A stretch of DNA of 29,748 nucleotides from a virus (Duplodnaviria > Caudoviricetes). Where the stretch lies: IMG/VR virus record IMGVR_UViG_3300034894_000022, positions 1-29,748 of that record; one strand, 5' to 3'. The notes below the pieces were generated by a model, which was given only the letters and a program-made list of their open reading frames with translations, was not told the origin of the DNA and searched no databases. Below, piece by piece: positions 1 to 9,009 of this stretch. Numbering within the stretch: position 1 is the stretch's first letter; the number at the start of each line of letters is the position of its first letter. Position numbers and translations under genes: made by a program.

Positions 1-1526
1 GGCAGGGTCCGCGCGACGTGTACGGCACCGGCCTCCGCGTACACGGCATCGATGTGCCCGGCGCCTTTGCGGTCGAAGATCCACAGGTCGCCGCGCGGTC
101 GCTGGATCGCGTTACCCACGTGCGTGGTCGCAAGCTCGTGGCCGTCGTGGCGCAGCTCGTCGGAGTCGAGCTGCTCGACAAACCCCATGCACACGGCGGG
201 CGTGCCGGTCGTGATCTCGACGAGCTTGACGCCGCGCGGGGGCCAACGCACGGTGGTGGCCGTGCCGCGCCGCGGTGCGGCCAGCTCGCCCATGACGCCG
301 GCGGCCGGACCGTTCGGGAACCACACGAGCACGCGCGGCCGGACGGCCGCCATGATGCCGGGTAGCTCGCGGCGCATCGCGGCCGTCGAGTCCCATGCCG
401 CGATGATGCCGGTGTGCACCTTGCCGTCGACCACGGCCGCGCCGGCGAGCGTGGCGTGCCGGCCGTCGAGCGACACGTCGAGACACGTGGCGAGGGCGCC
501 CCGGTGCTCGGCGAGGTTGAGTGCGGGGCGATCCTCGCGTGGTCCGCGCTCGATCCACGTGGTCATGTTGATCGCCGGGCGCAGTGCTTCCCGGGCGATG
601 CACATGTACTCGGTGTAGAACTCCTCGAGGGCTTCGCCGCCTTCCGCCTCGGCGGTCATCGCGTCGGCCAGGAGCGCCTCGGCGTCGATGCGGCCGCCGA
701 GGTCGGGGTTGGCCATGGCGAGAGCGGCGAGGTCGGTCGGCCGGGCGTCTTCGGGTGCTGACCACTCGATCAGCCCGAGCCGGCGGTCACCCTGGCCTGT
801 GGCGATGTAGCGCAGCGCCGCTTCGCGCAGCGACTTGAGCACGACGGCGTCGCTGTATCCCTGGTTGCTGGTGGCGATGAGCTGGGCGTACCGGTCGGCG
901 CGCATGGCGCCGACGACGGCGGCGAACGCTTCGCGGCTGTGGTGCTCGCGGAGCTCGTCGACGTGCGCGCGGTTGATCGACCGGCCGCGGCCCGCCCGGC
1001 GGTTGGGTGCCTTGAACACGTAGTGGGCGTCGTGGACGTTCCAGAAGTCTTCTTCGCCGGGCTGTAGGCGCTGGTGGTAGGTCGGCAGCTCGACCTTGAG
1101 GAGCTCGTGGCCCTCGGCGATGTTCACCACGGCTTGCCACGACTTCTTGGCTTCGCCCCGGTCAAGGTGCGTGGCGACCGTCAGGCCGATGCGCTGCACG
1201 AACATCCAGAACAGGATCAGCACCCGGGCGAAGACCGTCTTGCCGTTCTGCCTCGCGACGATGATCAGGAGCGTGCGGAAGCGCGGGCGGCCGTCGGGCA
1301 GCAGCTCGCCGACGTGGATCGCGAGGAATCGCTGCCACTCGTCGAACGGCCAGCCGATGACCTCGGCGAACCGAATCAACCGAAACCCGTAGCTGGTGGC
1401 GTTGGTCAATGCGCATCCGCACGGGCACTCGCCGGGCGGGCCGGTCACGAGCGGCGGTGTCCAGAGGCGGGGCAGGACGCTGCCCCGGATCGTGTCGACG
1501 TCGGGCTCAGCCTGTGTGGCGGGCAC
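1..1526 (-). CDS. terL: Terminase large subunit (3' end runs off the window)
   Basis: Absent from the ORF track because it has no stop inside the window. Hand translation from GTG 1526 gives MPATQAEP..GECPCGC..LIIVARQNGKT (Walker A)..RAHVDELRE (Walker B)..TSNQG..EWSAP..ANP..CLDVSLD..HIDAVYAEAGAVHVARTLP. The start overlaps the terS end. Confidence 0.93.
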   Translation of the reverse strand, partial: MPATQAEPDVDTIRGSVLPRLWTPPLVTGPPGECPCGCALTNATSYGFRLIRFAEVIGWPFDEWQRFLAIHVGELLPDGRPRFRTLLIIVARQNGKTVFARVLILFWMFVQRIGLTVATHLDRGEAKKSWQAVVNIAEGHELLKVELPTYHQRLQPGEEDFWNVHDAHYVFKAPNRRAGRGRSINRAHVDELREHHSREAFAAVVGAMRADRYAQLIATSNQGYSDAVVLKSLREAALRYIATGQGDRRLGLIEWSAPEDARPTDLAALAMANPDLGGRIDAEALLADAMTAEAEGGEALEEFYTEYMCIAREALRPAINMTTWIERGPREDRPALNLAEHRGALATCLDVSLDGRHATLAGAAVVDGKVHTGIIAAWDSTAAMRRELPGIMAAVRPRVLVWFPNGPAAGVMGELAAPRRGTATTVRWPPRGVKLVEITTGTPAVCMGFVEQLDSDELRHDGHELATTHVGNAIQRPRGDLWIFDRKGAGHIDAVYAEAGAVHVARTL

Positions 1527-1905
1527 GTCGGCTCGCTAGCTCGTCTTCTTCGGCGCGCAGTGCTGCGAGCGGGCTCGCCGGCGCGGTGTCGGTGACCGCC
1601 TGTCCGACCGCGGCCCGGGCCTTCGGCGTGAGCAGTAGCGCGTCGAGAGCGGCGAGCAGCTTCGGTCCGAGGTCGCTGGCGACGGTCACGGCCGAGACCG
1701 CCGCGCAGACCTTGTCGAGCGCGTCGCGTGCTTCGTCGCTGCCCGCCGCGTCCACGGTCGTCCTGACGACCTGGAGCGCCTTGGCGAGTCCGAGCGTCGT
1801 GTGCGTCGCCTCGTCGATCCGCTCGGCGTAGGTGAGCGCGAGGACGGCGGCCGGGGCGCTTTTGCCGTCGGCGACGGCGGTCGCAACGGCTTCGGTCAGT
1901 CGCAC
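1507..1905 (-). CDS. terS: Terminase small subunit
   Basis: GTG 1905 with GGAGG RBS (1913-1917). Helical protein with ALTYAERID..LGPKLLAALDALLLTPKARAA, typical of actinophage TerS, directly upstream of terL. Confidence 0.8.
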   Translation of the reverse strand: MRLTEAVATAVADGKSAPAAVLALTYAERIDEATHTTLGLAKALQVVRTTVDAAGSDEARDALDKVCAAVSAVTVASDLGPKLLAALDALLLTPKARAAVGQAVTDTAPASPLAALRAEEDELASRRARHTG

Positions 1906-1937
1906 GTGGGCACCTCCCTGTCGATGCGCTTGATGGG

Positions 1938-1966
1938 AACGATAATCGTTTTCATGTACGATGCGC
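1938..1966 (-). promoter_or_regulatory. Fur/Zur-like operator and promoter element, copy 1 (terS/portal divergent region)
   Basis: Minus strand reads GCGCATCGTACATGAAAACGATTATCGTT, with palindromic core AACGAT-A-ATCGTT (1938-1950). 23/29 identical to the element at 13908-13936. Confidence 0.65.
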
Positions 1967-2000
1967 ACGTGACCTGGTGATCATCCGAGGGAGTGCAGTT

Positions 2001-2264
2001 GTGACGACGGCGACCGCGCCCGTACCGAGCCTCGCGGCGACGCGCGGCCGGGTTGCCGCTGCGGTCGCGCGCGTCGCCCGCGGCGTTGTCGCGCGGACCG
2101 TCACGGCCGCCCGCGCTGGCGGGGCCACGGCGATCGGCGCGGCCGGGCTCACTTCGATCGCCGTCGGCGCCGGGGCTCAGTGGGGTTGGCCCGTCGGGCT
2201 CATGGTTGGCGGCCCGCTCGCCGTCTGGTTCGCCTCGCTGCTGCCGGGCGGCGATCGGCAGTGA
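2001..2264 (+). CDS. Small membrane protein upstream of portal
   Basis: GAGGGAG RBS, GTG 2001, hydrophobic C-terminal half (IGAAGLTSIAVGAGAQWGWPVGLMVGGPLAVW). Stop overlaps the portal start (GTGA). Confidence 0.7.
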   Translation: MTTATAPVPSLAATRGRVAAAVARVARGVVARTVTAARAGGATAIGAAGLTSIAVGAGAQWGWPVGLMVGGPLAVWFASLLPGGDRQ

Positions 2265-3553
2265 GAAACGTCTTTGCTCCGCGCAAGCCGGCCGCCCCTG
2301 CCCCGCCCCGCAACGACACCATGTCGATCAGCGACCCGCGGTTCGCCCGGTGGCTCGGCATCGACTCGGCGGCCGGCGTGCCGGTCACCGACTACACGGC
2401 GCTCACCGTCTCGGCCGTCTACCGGGCCGCGATGCTCGTCGCGAGCTCGTCGGGCGGGCTGCCCCTGCGCACCATGCGCGAGTGGGGCACGACGCGTTCG
2501 GTGGTCGGTTCGTGGCTCGACGACCCCGCTTCGGCGGTCGGGTACAAGCCGTTCAACTGGAAGCAGACGAGCTTCCTGCACATGCTGCTCGGCGGCGACT
2601 CGTTCCAGCGCCACCTGTACAACGTGGCGGGCGCGCTCGCCGGCCTCGAGCCGATTAACCCCCGCCACGTGGCCGTCTACTGGGACGACACACGTCCGGG
2701 CGGCAAGCGCTTCGAGGTGTCGCTACTGCGCGACGGCAAGACGTGCAGGGAGACCTACGACCCGTCGACCATGACCCAGGTCATGGGCCCGACGCTCGAC
2801 GGGCTGCGCGGCCTGTCGGTCGTCGGGCTCGCGCGCACCTCGCTCGGCGGCGCAATCGCGGCCGACCAGGCGGCGGCCAACACCTTCCGCAATGGGCCGA
2901 TGATCGGCGGGCTCGCGGTGCCGACCGAGGACCTGGACGACGGCGACGCCGCCGCGGCGTCGGACATCATCAACGACGCGATCGGCGGCACCGAGAACGC
3001 GGGCCGGATCGTCGTGCTCGAGCGGAAGTTCGACCTCAAGCCTTGGACGATGACGCTCAAGGACGCGCAGTTCCTAGAGTCGCGGCAATTCTCGATCCAG
3101 GAAATCGCGCGCTGGTTCGGCGTCCACCCCGTGTTCTTGATGGACCCCGGGTCGGTCAGCACCTGGGGTACCGGCGTCGAAATCCTTCAACGCGGGCTCG
3201 GACGCTTCACGCTCCCGCAGTACACCGACCCGTTCCAAGAGGCCATGTCGGCCCTGCTGCCCAACAAGTCGTGGGCCGAGTTCGACTTCGCCGAGCTCGA
3301 ACGTGGCTCGCCGCAGGAGGAGATCGCGCTAATCATTCAGCAGGTCGAGGGCGGTCTCATGACGATCAATCAGGCGCTCAAAGCCGTCAACCGCCCCGGC
3401 ATCGGCCCGGCCGGTGACGTGCTGCGCCTGCACGGCGAGCCGCTCAACCCCGAGGTCGCCGAGCCTGTCAGTCCGACGTCGGCCATCCCGGCGACCAACG
3501 CGGTGCCAACGGCCGCGCAACTCCGTGCACTGATGGGGGCCACCAATGCGTAA
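2261..3553 (+). CDS. Portal protein (HK97 family)
   Basis: ALTVSAVYRAA..LPL..GLRGLS..DAQFLESRQFSIQEIARWFGVHP..GTGVE motifs; start taken at the GTGA overlap. Confidence 0.95.
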   Translation: MRNVFAPRKPAAPAPPRNDTMSISDPRFARWLGIDSAAGVPVTDYTALTVSAVYRAAMLVASSSGGLPLRTMREWGTTRSVVGSWLDDPASAVGYKPFNWKQTSFLHMLLGGDSFQRHLYNVAGALAGLEPINPRHVAVYWDDTRPGGKRFEVSLLRDGKTCRETYDPSTMTQVMGPTLDGLRGLSVVGLARTSLGGAIAADQAAANTFRNGPMIGGLAVPTEDLDDGDAAAASDIINDAIGGTENAGRIVVLERKFDLKPWTMTLKDAQFLESRQFSIQEIARWFGVHPVFLMDPGSVSTWGTGVEILQRGLGRFTLPQYTDPFQEAMSALLPNKSWAEFDFAELERGSPQEEIALIIQQVEGGLMTINQALKAVNRPGIGPAGDVLRLHGEPLNPEVAEPVSPTSAIPATNAVPTAAQLRALMGATNA

Positions 3554-4367
3554 CCCGGTCATCGTCGACCCCGTGCTCCGGGCGGCCGGCCAGCGCCGGC
3601 CCGGCATCAACCACGTCGGTGCTCGATGGCTGCTGCGCGCACCGGACGGCACCCGCGAACTTGGGCACCGCACTGAGCCCGGTGACTCGGGCTGGTACCG
3701 GATCCGCAACGAGGTGTCCGATCAGCGCGCCCGGGTCGACCTGTTCGACGAGATCGGTTGGGACGTTACGGCCGGCGAGTTCATCGCCGACCTGAACGCC
3801 ATCGACGCAGCCGGCATCGACCTGCACATCAACTCGCCCGGCGGCAGCGCATGGGACGGGTTCGCCATCTACAACGCGCTCATCGCGCATCCCGCGTCGG
3901 TGTCTGTCCATGTGATCGGCATCGCCGCGTCGGCCGCCTCGATCGTGGCCATGGCCGGCGACGAGGTCATCATGTACCGGCCGTCGCAGATGATGATCCA
4001 CCGCGCCGGGACGGGGGCGTGCGTGTTCGGCAACGCCGACGACATGCGGGCGGGGTCCGCCGAGGTGCTGACCATGGCCACCTCGCTCGACCAGATCGAC
4101 AACCAGATCGTGAACCTGTACGCGAACAAGGCGGGCACCGACCCGCAGGCCTGGCACGACGCGGTGTGGGCCGAAACCTGGTACGACCCCGACTCGGCGC
4201 TCGCGGCCGGGCTGGCCGACCGCATCAACGGCGACGACGGCCAGGCCGGCGCGCCCACGGATTCCCCCGCCCCGGGGACAGGGGCAACCGCCCGTGCGCA
4301 GGACGCGCCCGGCGCACACATCGTGCGGGCGCGTGCCCGACGGGTCCTCGAAGGAGGAGTCAAGTAA
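3546..4367 (+). CDS. ClpP-like (S14) prohead maturation protease
   Basis: LHINSPGG, GIAASAASIVAMAGD, MMIH, ETWY..ALAAGLAD motifs; lies between portal and capsid. Confidence 0.95.
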   Translation: MRNPVIVDPVLRAAGQRRPGINHVGARWLLRAPDGTRELGHRTEPGDSGWYRIRNEVSDQRARVDLFDEIGWDVTAGEFIADLNAIDAAGIDLHINSPGGSAWDGFAIYNALIAHPASVSVHVIGIAASAASIVAMAGDEVIMYRPSQMMIHRAGTGACVFGNADDMRAGSAEVLTMATSLDQIDNQIVNLYANKAGTDPQAWHDAVWAETWYDPDSALAAGLADRINGDDGQAGAPTDSPAPGTGATARAQDAPGAHIVRARARRVLEGGVK

Positions 4368-5653
4368 TGCGAACGATCGACGAGATCATGGCCGACATGC
4401 AGGCCATCATGTCCCAGGCCACGCTCACCCAGGAGGACGTCAACACGTACCTCACGCTGGAGGCCGAGCTGGCCGCCGCCCAGGCGGCGCAGAGCGCCGA
4501 CGACAGTGGTGACGGCGAGGGCGAGCTTGCCCCGGCCAACGCTCCGGACGAGGCGGCGCCGGCCGCGCCGGCCGCCACCGTCAACGCGCTGCGGACTCGG
4601 CACAACGCGTACACCCGCGTCGTGGTGCCGGCCGGCAGGCCGAGCAACCGGCAGCGGGAGGACGCCGAGGCCGACGGGTTCCGGGCGTACCTGCGCACCG
4701 GCCGCGTCAACTCGGACATGCAGCGCGGCCCGCAGAACGCGCAGACGACCGGCACCGGCAGCTCGGGCGGCTACCTCGTGCCCGAAGGCTTCCTCAACCG
4801 CATCGTCGAGGTCATCAAGAGCTTCGGTGGTGTGCTCAACGACGCCGAGCACCTGACCACGGACAGCGGCAACCCGCTGCCGTTCCCGACCAACGACGAC
4901 ACGTCGAACGAGGCCGTGGTCACGGCCGAGAGCACCACGCCCGCGTCGGGCGCGGACCTCGTGTTCGGCACCGTGCAGCTGTCCGCGTTCGAGTACACCG
5001 CGAGCGGTACCGGCGGCAACGCGCTCGCCGTGCCCCTCGCGCTGATCCAGGACGCGGCGTTCGACGTCGAGGCGTACGTCGCGAAGAAGCTCGGCCAGCG
5101 CCTCGCGCGCAAGATGGCCAAGGACGCCGTGACGGGTACCGGTACGGGCCAGGCGCAAGGCATCCTGCAGGGGATCACCGGTGCGGAGATCAGCTCGGCG
5201 TTGACGTACGACAACCTCGTGGACCTGATCATGTCGCTCGACGAGGTGTACTGGGCCAACGCCCGCTGGTACATGAACCGGGCGAGCTTCGGCACGATCC
5301 TCAAGCTGGAGGACGGCGCCGACCAGCTGATTTTCAAGCCGGCCGTGTCGCTGACTAGCGGCAACGCCACGCAGGCGGACGGCGCGATTCAGGTCGGCGC
5401 GGTGCTCGCGCCGGTCGTGCTCGACTCGGCGTTCTCCGACATCCTGCTGACCGCGGGCGCGGGTCAGAACTGGGGCATCTTCGGCGACATCTCCGAGGGC
5501 TACGTCTGGCGGCAGGTGCGTCAGATCGAGGTGCTCGTCGACCCGTACACGGCCGCCAACAAGCGTCAGATCCAGTACAACGCGTGGGCCCGGGCCGACG
5601 GCCGGCAGAAGAACACCAGCGCGTACAAGGTCATCGCGGGTTACACCGCCTAA
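4367..5653 (+). CDS. Major capsid protein (HK97 fold, N-terminal scaffold domain)
   Basis: AGGAGG RBS, TAATG overlap; GGYLVPE, ALIQDAAFDVEAYV, GTGTGQAQGI, FGD..Y, RADG motifs. Confidence 0.95.
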   Translation: MRTIDEIMADMQAIMSQATLTQEDVNTYLTLEAELAAAQAAQSADDSGDGEGELAPANAPDEAAPAAPAATVNALRTRHNAYTRVVVPAGRPSNRQREDAEADGFRAYLRTGRVNSDMQRGPQNAQTTGTGSSGGYLVPEGFLNRIVEVIKSFGGVLNDAEHLTTDSGNPLPFPTNDDTSNEAVVTAESTTPASGADLVFGTVQLSAFEYTASGTGGNALAVPLALIQDAAFDVEAYVAKKLGQRLARKMAKDAVTGTGTGQAQGILQGITGAEISSALTYDNLVDLIMSLDEVYWANARWYMNRASFGTILKLEDGADQLIFKPAVSLTSGNATQADGAIQVGAVLAPVVLDSAFSDILLTAGAGQNWGIFGDISEGYVWRQVRQIEVLVDPYTAANKRQIQYNAWARADGRQKNTSAYKVIAGYTA

Positions 5654-5669
5654 GTGACCCTCTCGCCGC

Positions 5670-5698
5670 GCGGGGCCGGGCTCGCGGCCCGGTCCCGC
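5670..5698 (+). terminator. GC-rich hairpin after the capsid gene (attenuator or mRNA stabiliser)
   Basis: GCGGGGCCGGGC..GCCCGGTCCCGC, 12-bp stem with one G-U pair, no U-tract. Confidence 0.5.
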
Positions 5699-5744
5699 CG
5701 GTCGGACTCAACCACAGAACCTGTCCACCCAGGAGGGACACGTA

Positions 5745-6176
5745 ATGCGTCAGTCATCGCTCGACGCGATCCGCTCGCTCGGCACGGCCAAGGGCTCGAT
5801 CGCCACCGTGACCACCACGGCATTTGACTTCGGAACGCCGAACGACATCGATCTCCGCTCGACCGGCTGGGCTCGCGGGTGTCGACTGCTCGTCATCCTG
5901 CACAACACCACGGCCGGCACCACCGACACGACGTCGTGGACCATCCAGGACGCGGCCGACAACGCCGGCTCGATCGGCACCCCGGCCACGGCGGACTACA
6001 CGGTGATCGCGGGTACGGCCGCGCTGGCCGGCGGTACCGGCGATGAGTTCGCAGTTGTCGCCGTCACGCCCAAGGCCGACCGGCCGTGGTTGCGGGTCAA
6101 CCTCGTCCGGGCCGCAGGCACCACAGACACCGTCGTGGGCACGGTCACCGTGCTCGCGCTGCCGGCGTCGATCTGA
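5745..6176 (+). CDS. Putative capsid decoration/accessory head protein
   Basis: AGGAGG RBS; Thr/Gly/Ala-rich beta-type 143-aa protein directly after the capsid gene. Confidence 0.6.
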   Translation: MRQSSLDAIRSLGTAKGSIATVTTTAFDFGTPNDIDLRSTGWARGCRLLVILHNTTAGTTDTTSWTIQDAADNAGSIGTPATADYTVIAGTAALAGGTGDEFAVVAVTPKADRPWLRVNLVRAAGTTDTVVGTVTVLALPASI

Positions 6177-6222
6177 CGACCCGTCCTGATCCACACCGAG
6201 AGCCGGAAGGAGGGCCGCGGAC

Positions 6223-6840
6223 ATGTGGGCACCGGATTATCTGGACCAGGAGGAAGCGGCCGACTTCCTTAACCTGGGGACACCCAGCGACGAGGAGGCG
6301 GCCGACCTCGCCGTGTTCATCCCTGCAGCCTCGCGCGCGATCGACCGCGCGTGCGGCCGGCAGTTCGGTGCCGTGGAAACCCCGCAGGAACGGTTCTACA
6401 CGCCCCGCTGGAGTCGGACCCGCGGCCGGTGGATGGTGCGCATCGACGACCTGATGTCCACGACCGGCCTCGTGGTGACGGTCCGGACCGAGGACGGGAC
6501 AGAACTCGGCGCGGCCACGTACACGCTGGAGCCGCGCAACGCGGCCGCGGACGGCGTGCCGTGGACCGACATGGCACTGCTGTCGTCCTCGGCGGTGCTG
6601 CCGGGCGGCGCCGGCGACGAGATGGGTATCACCGCCGAGTGGGGCTGGACGGCGTTCCCCGACGTCGTCACGGCCGCAGCCAAGCTGCAGCTGTCGCGCT
6701 TCTGGGCGCGTCGCCAGTCTCCGTTCGGTATCGCGGGCTCGCCCGACCAGGGCAACGAACTGCGCCTGTTGGAGCGGCTGGATCCCGACGTGGCGGTCAT
6801 GCTGCGGTCCGTGCGCCGCCTTGGGGTGGTGGCGCGCTGA
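6223..6840 (+). CDS. Head-tail adaptor
   Basis: Y..AASRAIDRACGRQF..R.Y..WGWTAFPDVVTAA..RRQSPFG..RLDPDV, typical of actinophage adaptors. Confidence 0.85.
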   Translation: MWAPDYLDQEEAADFLNLGTPSDEEAADLAVFIPAASRAIDRACGRQFGAVETPQERFYTPRWSRTRGRWMVRIDDLMSTTGLVVTVRTEDGTELGAATYTLEPRNAAADGVPWTDMALLSSSAVLPGGAGDEMGITAEWGWTAFPDVVTAAAKLQLSRFWARRQSPFGIAGSPDQGNELRLLERLDPDVAVMLRSVRRLGVVAR

Positions 6841-7244
6841 TGGACGTAGCAGCCGTCATGGCCGCCATCGCGACCGCCGTCACCGCAGGCACCGGGGTTC
6901 GGACGGCGGGCTATCCCGTCAGCACGACCACGGCGCCCAGCGCCTTCGTGGACTACCCGACCGACATCCAGTACGACCAGACGTACGGCCGGGGCTCGGA
7001 CGCGATGACGGTTCCGCTCGCGATGCTCATCGGCCGCAGGGACGACGAGCGCACGACGGCCGCGGTCAGCGCCTACGCAGCCGGCGGTGGCGCGAGCAGC
7101 GTGAAGGCGGCCGTCGAGTCCTACGAGACCGCCGCGTGGGACGTCGCGGTGGTCACCTCGGCCAACTTCGACTACGTGACGGTTGGGGCCGTCCCGTACG
7201 TCGCGGCCGTCTTCGAAATCGAGATCACAGGACAGGGAGCCTGA
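6840..7244 (+). CDS. Tail terminator-like protein
   Basis: TGATG overlap, 134 aa, APSAFVDYP..YDQTYGRG..YVAAVFEIEI; lies immediately before the tail tube gene. Confidence 0.7.
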   Translation: MDVAAVMAAIATAVTAGTGVRTAGYPVSTTTAPSAFVDYPTDIQYDQTYGRGSDAMTVPLAMLIGRRDDERTTAAVSAYAAGGGASSVKAAVESYETAAWDVAVVTSANFDYVTVGAVPYVAAVFEIEITGQGA

Positions 7245-7245
7245 C

Positions 7246-7659
7246 ATGACCCTCAAGCACGGCAAGGACACGGTGGTCAAGGTCAACTCTGTTGACCTGT
7301 CGCAGTACACCAACGAGTCGGAGATCTCCAAGACGACCGACACCCACGACACCACGCACTACGGTGATGACGCGCACGAGCACAGCCCCGGCCTCAACAA
7401 CGGCACGTTCACCATGGGCGGTACCTACGACACCACGGCCGCCACCGGGCCGCGCGCCGCGCTCAACATCGTGTACGCCGGCAACGCCGCCGTCCCGATC
7501 ATCCGTCAGCCGGAGGGCACCGGCTCCAGCAAGCCGCAGGACAGCTTCAACGCCATCCTGACGGGCTACACCGAGACCAACCCGGTGGCGGACATGGTCA
7601 AGTGGAAGGCCGACTTCCAGATCACCGGCGACGTCGACACCACCGCGCAGAGCGCCTGA
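7246..7659 (+). CDS. Major tail (tube) protein
   Basis: HGKDT..DLSQY..DTTHYGD..GL.NGTFTMGG.YD..PEGTGS..WKADFQITG motifs. Confidence 0.88.
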   Translation: MTLKHGKDTVVKVNSVDLSQYTNESEISKTTDTHDTTHYGDDAHEHSPGLNNGTFTMGGTYDTTAATGPRAALNIVYAGNAAVPIIRQPEGTGSSKPQDSFNAILTGYTETNPVADMVKWKADFQITGDVDTTAQSA

Positions 7660-7997
7660 TGAGCGAGATCGTTTCGCTTGACGTGCTCCTCGCGGCCAGC
7701 GTGCCCGAGGACGTCGCGGAGATCAAGGGCGTGGGCTTCGTGAAGGTACGGGGCCTGACGCGGGCGGAACTCCACCTGCTGACGAAGAAAGACGGCGGCC
7801 AGCCGAAGCAGGACACATCGGACCTTTTCTACTTCACGCATGGCTTGGTGGAGCCGAGGGTCACTGATGCTCAGGCACGCGCCATCTTCGAGTCGGTGGG
7901 GTTCGGTGCGATCCAGCCGGTGATCGCCAAGATCTCCGAGCTGTCCGGTGTCAGCAAGGACGACCAGAAGGCGGCCTACAAAAGCCTTCGAGACTGA
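7659..7997 (+). CDS. Tail assembly chaperone (G)
   Basis: VKVRGLTRAE..GLVEPRVT..ISELSG..AYKSLR; lies after the tail tube gene. Confidence 0.85.
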   Translation: MSEIVSLDVLLAASVPEDVAEIKGVGFVKVRGLTRAELHLLTKKDGGQPKQDTSDLFYFTHGLVEPRVTDAQARAIFESVGFGAIQPVIAKISELSGVSKDDQKAAYKSLRD

Positions 7998-8154
7998 CGG
8001 CTCCCTCGACTTTGAGTTCTACCTCGCGGACCGATTGAAGCTGACCGTCGCGAGGCTCCGGCAGGAAATGAGCGCAGACGAGTTCATGCGCTGGGGCGTC
8101 TGGCACGGCCGGCGCGCGCAGGTGCAACAGCTGGCCACGAGGAAGGGCGGGTGA
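7981..8154 (+). CDS. Tail assembly chaperone frameshift extension (GT)
   Basis: Overlapping +1-frame ORF without a good start or RBS: FEFYLADRLKLTVARLRQEMSADEFMRW, typical of TAC C-terminal extensions. Confidence 0.7.
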   Translation, partial: KAFETDGSLDFEFYLADRLKLTVARLRQEMSADEFMRWGVWHGRRAQVQQLATRKGG

Positions 8155-8155
8155 C

Positions 8156-8566
8156 ATGGCTCTGACGATCGCGGTGTCCGGGCTGCGGGAGTTGTCGCGC
8201 TCCCTCAACAAGGTGGACGGCGAATCGGCCAAGCAGCTGCGGGTGGTCTTCAACGAGGCGGCCGAGCTGGTGATCACAACGGCCCGCCCGAGGATCCCGC
8301 GCCGCACTGGCCGCGCGGCCGGCTCGCTCAAGACCAAGAGCACGCGCACCGCGGTACGTGTTGCGTTCGGCGGGCCGAAGGCTCCCTGGTACCCGTGGCT
8401 CGACTTCGGCGGGCGCACTGGCCGGAAGAAGAGCGTGGTCCGTCCCTTCCTGACGGACGGCCGGTACGTGTACCCGGCGTACTACGAACGCCGCGACGAC
8501 ATCATGCGGGCGATGCAGGAAGGCATCGAGCGCGTGGCCCGCGACGCGGGGTTGGAGGTGAGCTAA
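8156..8566 (+). CDS. HK97 gp10-like tail completion/neck protein
   Basis: IAVSGLRELSRSL..PRRTGRAAGS..PWYPWLDFGG..YVYPA motifs. Confidence 0.85.
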   Translation: MALTIAVSGLRELSRSLNKVDGESAKQLRVVFNEAAELVITTARPRIPRRTGRAAGSLKTKSTRTAVRVAFGGPKAPWYPWLDFGGRTGRKKSVVRPFLTDGRYVYPAYYERRDDIMRAMQEGIERVARDAGLEVS

Positions 8567-8997
8567 TGCGACTCGACGTAGGCGATGAGCGCGCGCAGGC
8601 GGTCCACGCTGTCACCGACCATGCCCAGCGCGACGTTGCACTGCTGGCACAGCAGGCCGCGCACGCATTGCCCACAGATCCTGGTCTGCTGGCGCGTGCC
8701 GGGGCAGCAACTGTGGTCGTGGTCGATGACGAGGGCCTTGCGGTCAAAGCCGTACTCGCCGCTACCCGCGCCACCGCAAGCCGCGCACCGACCACCTTGC
8801 GCCTCGTACATCGCCCGGTAGTCGGTGAGCCTGATCCGGTAGAACGTCCACAGCTTCGCGTCCATCCAACTGTCGGGGCTGTCGTTGCGGCGCGCCTTGG
8901 CGCGCGCGTTGGCGCAGGGCAGGCATGTCCAGCCGCTGCGCTTTCCGTCGCGCATCCGTTGCTTCATGGGCGATTCGCACTTGGGGCACGTCTTCAC
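8563..8997 (-). CDS. Endonuclease VII family (HNH-like) nuclease, antisense insertion
   Basis: CPKC..CLPC N-terminus; YRIRLTDYRAMYEAQGGRCAAC..LVIDHDHSCC..CGQCVRGLLCQQCNVALG. GTG 8997 lies 6 nt after a TACCAT -10-like hexamer. Confidence 0.9.
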   Translation of the reverse strand: MKTCPKCESPMKQRMRDGKRSGWTCLPCANARAKARRNDSPDSWMDAKLWTFYRIRLTDYRAMYEAQGGRCAACGGAGSGEYGFDRKALVIDHDHSCCPGTRQQTRICGQCVRGLLCQQCNVALGMVGDSVDRLRALIAYVESH

Positions 8998-9009
8998 GGC
9001 CTCATGGTA

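Noticed and set aside
18-1595. Short ORFs listed in the track over the first 1.5 kb
   Set aside because: All overlap the minus-strand terL frame, which the track missed because it has no stop in the window.
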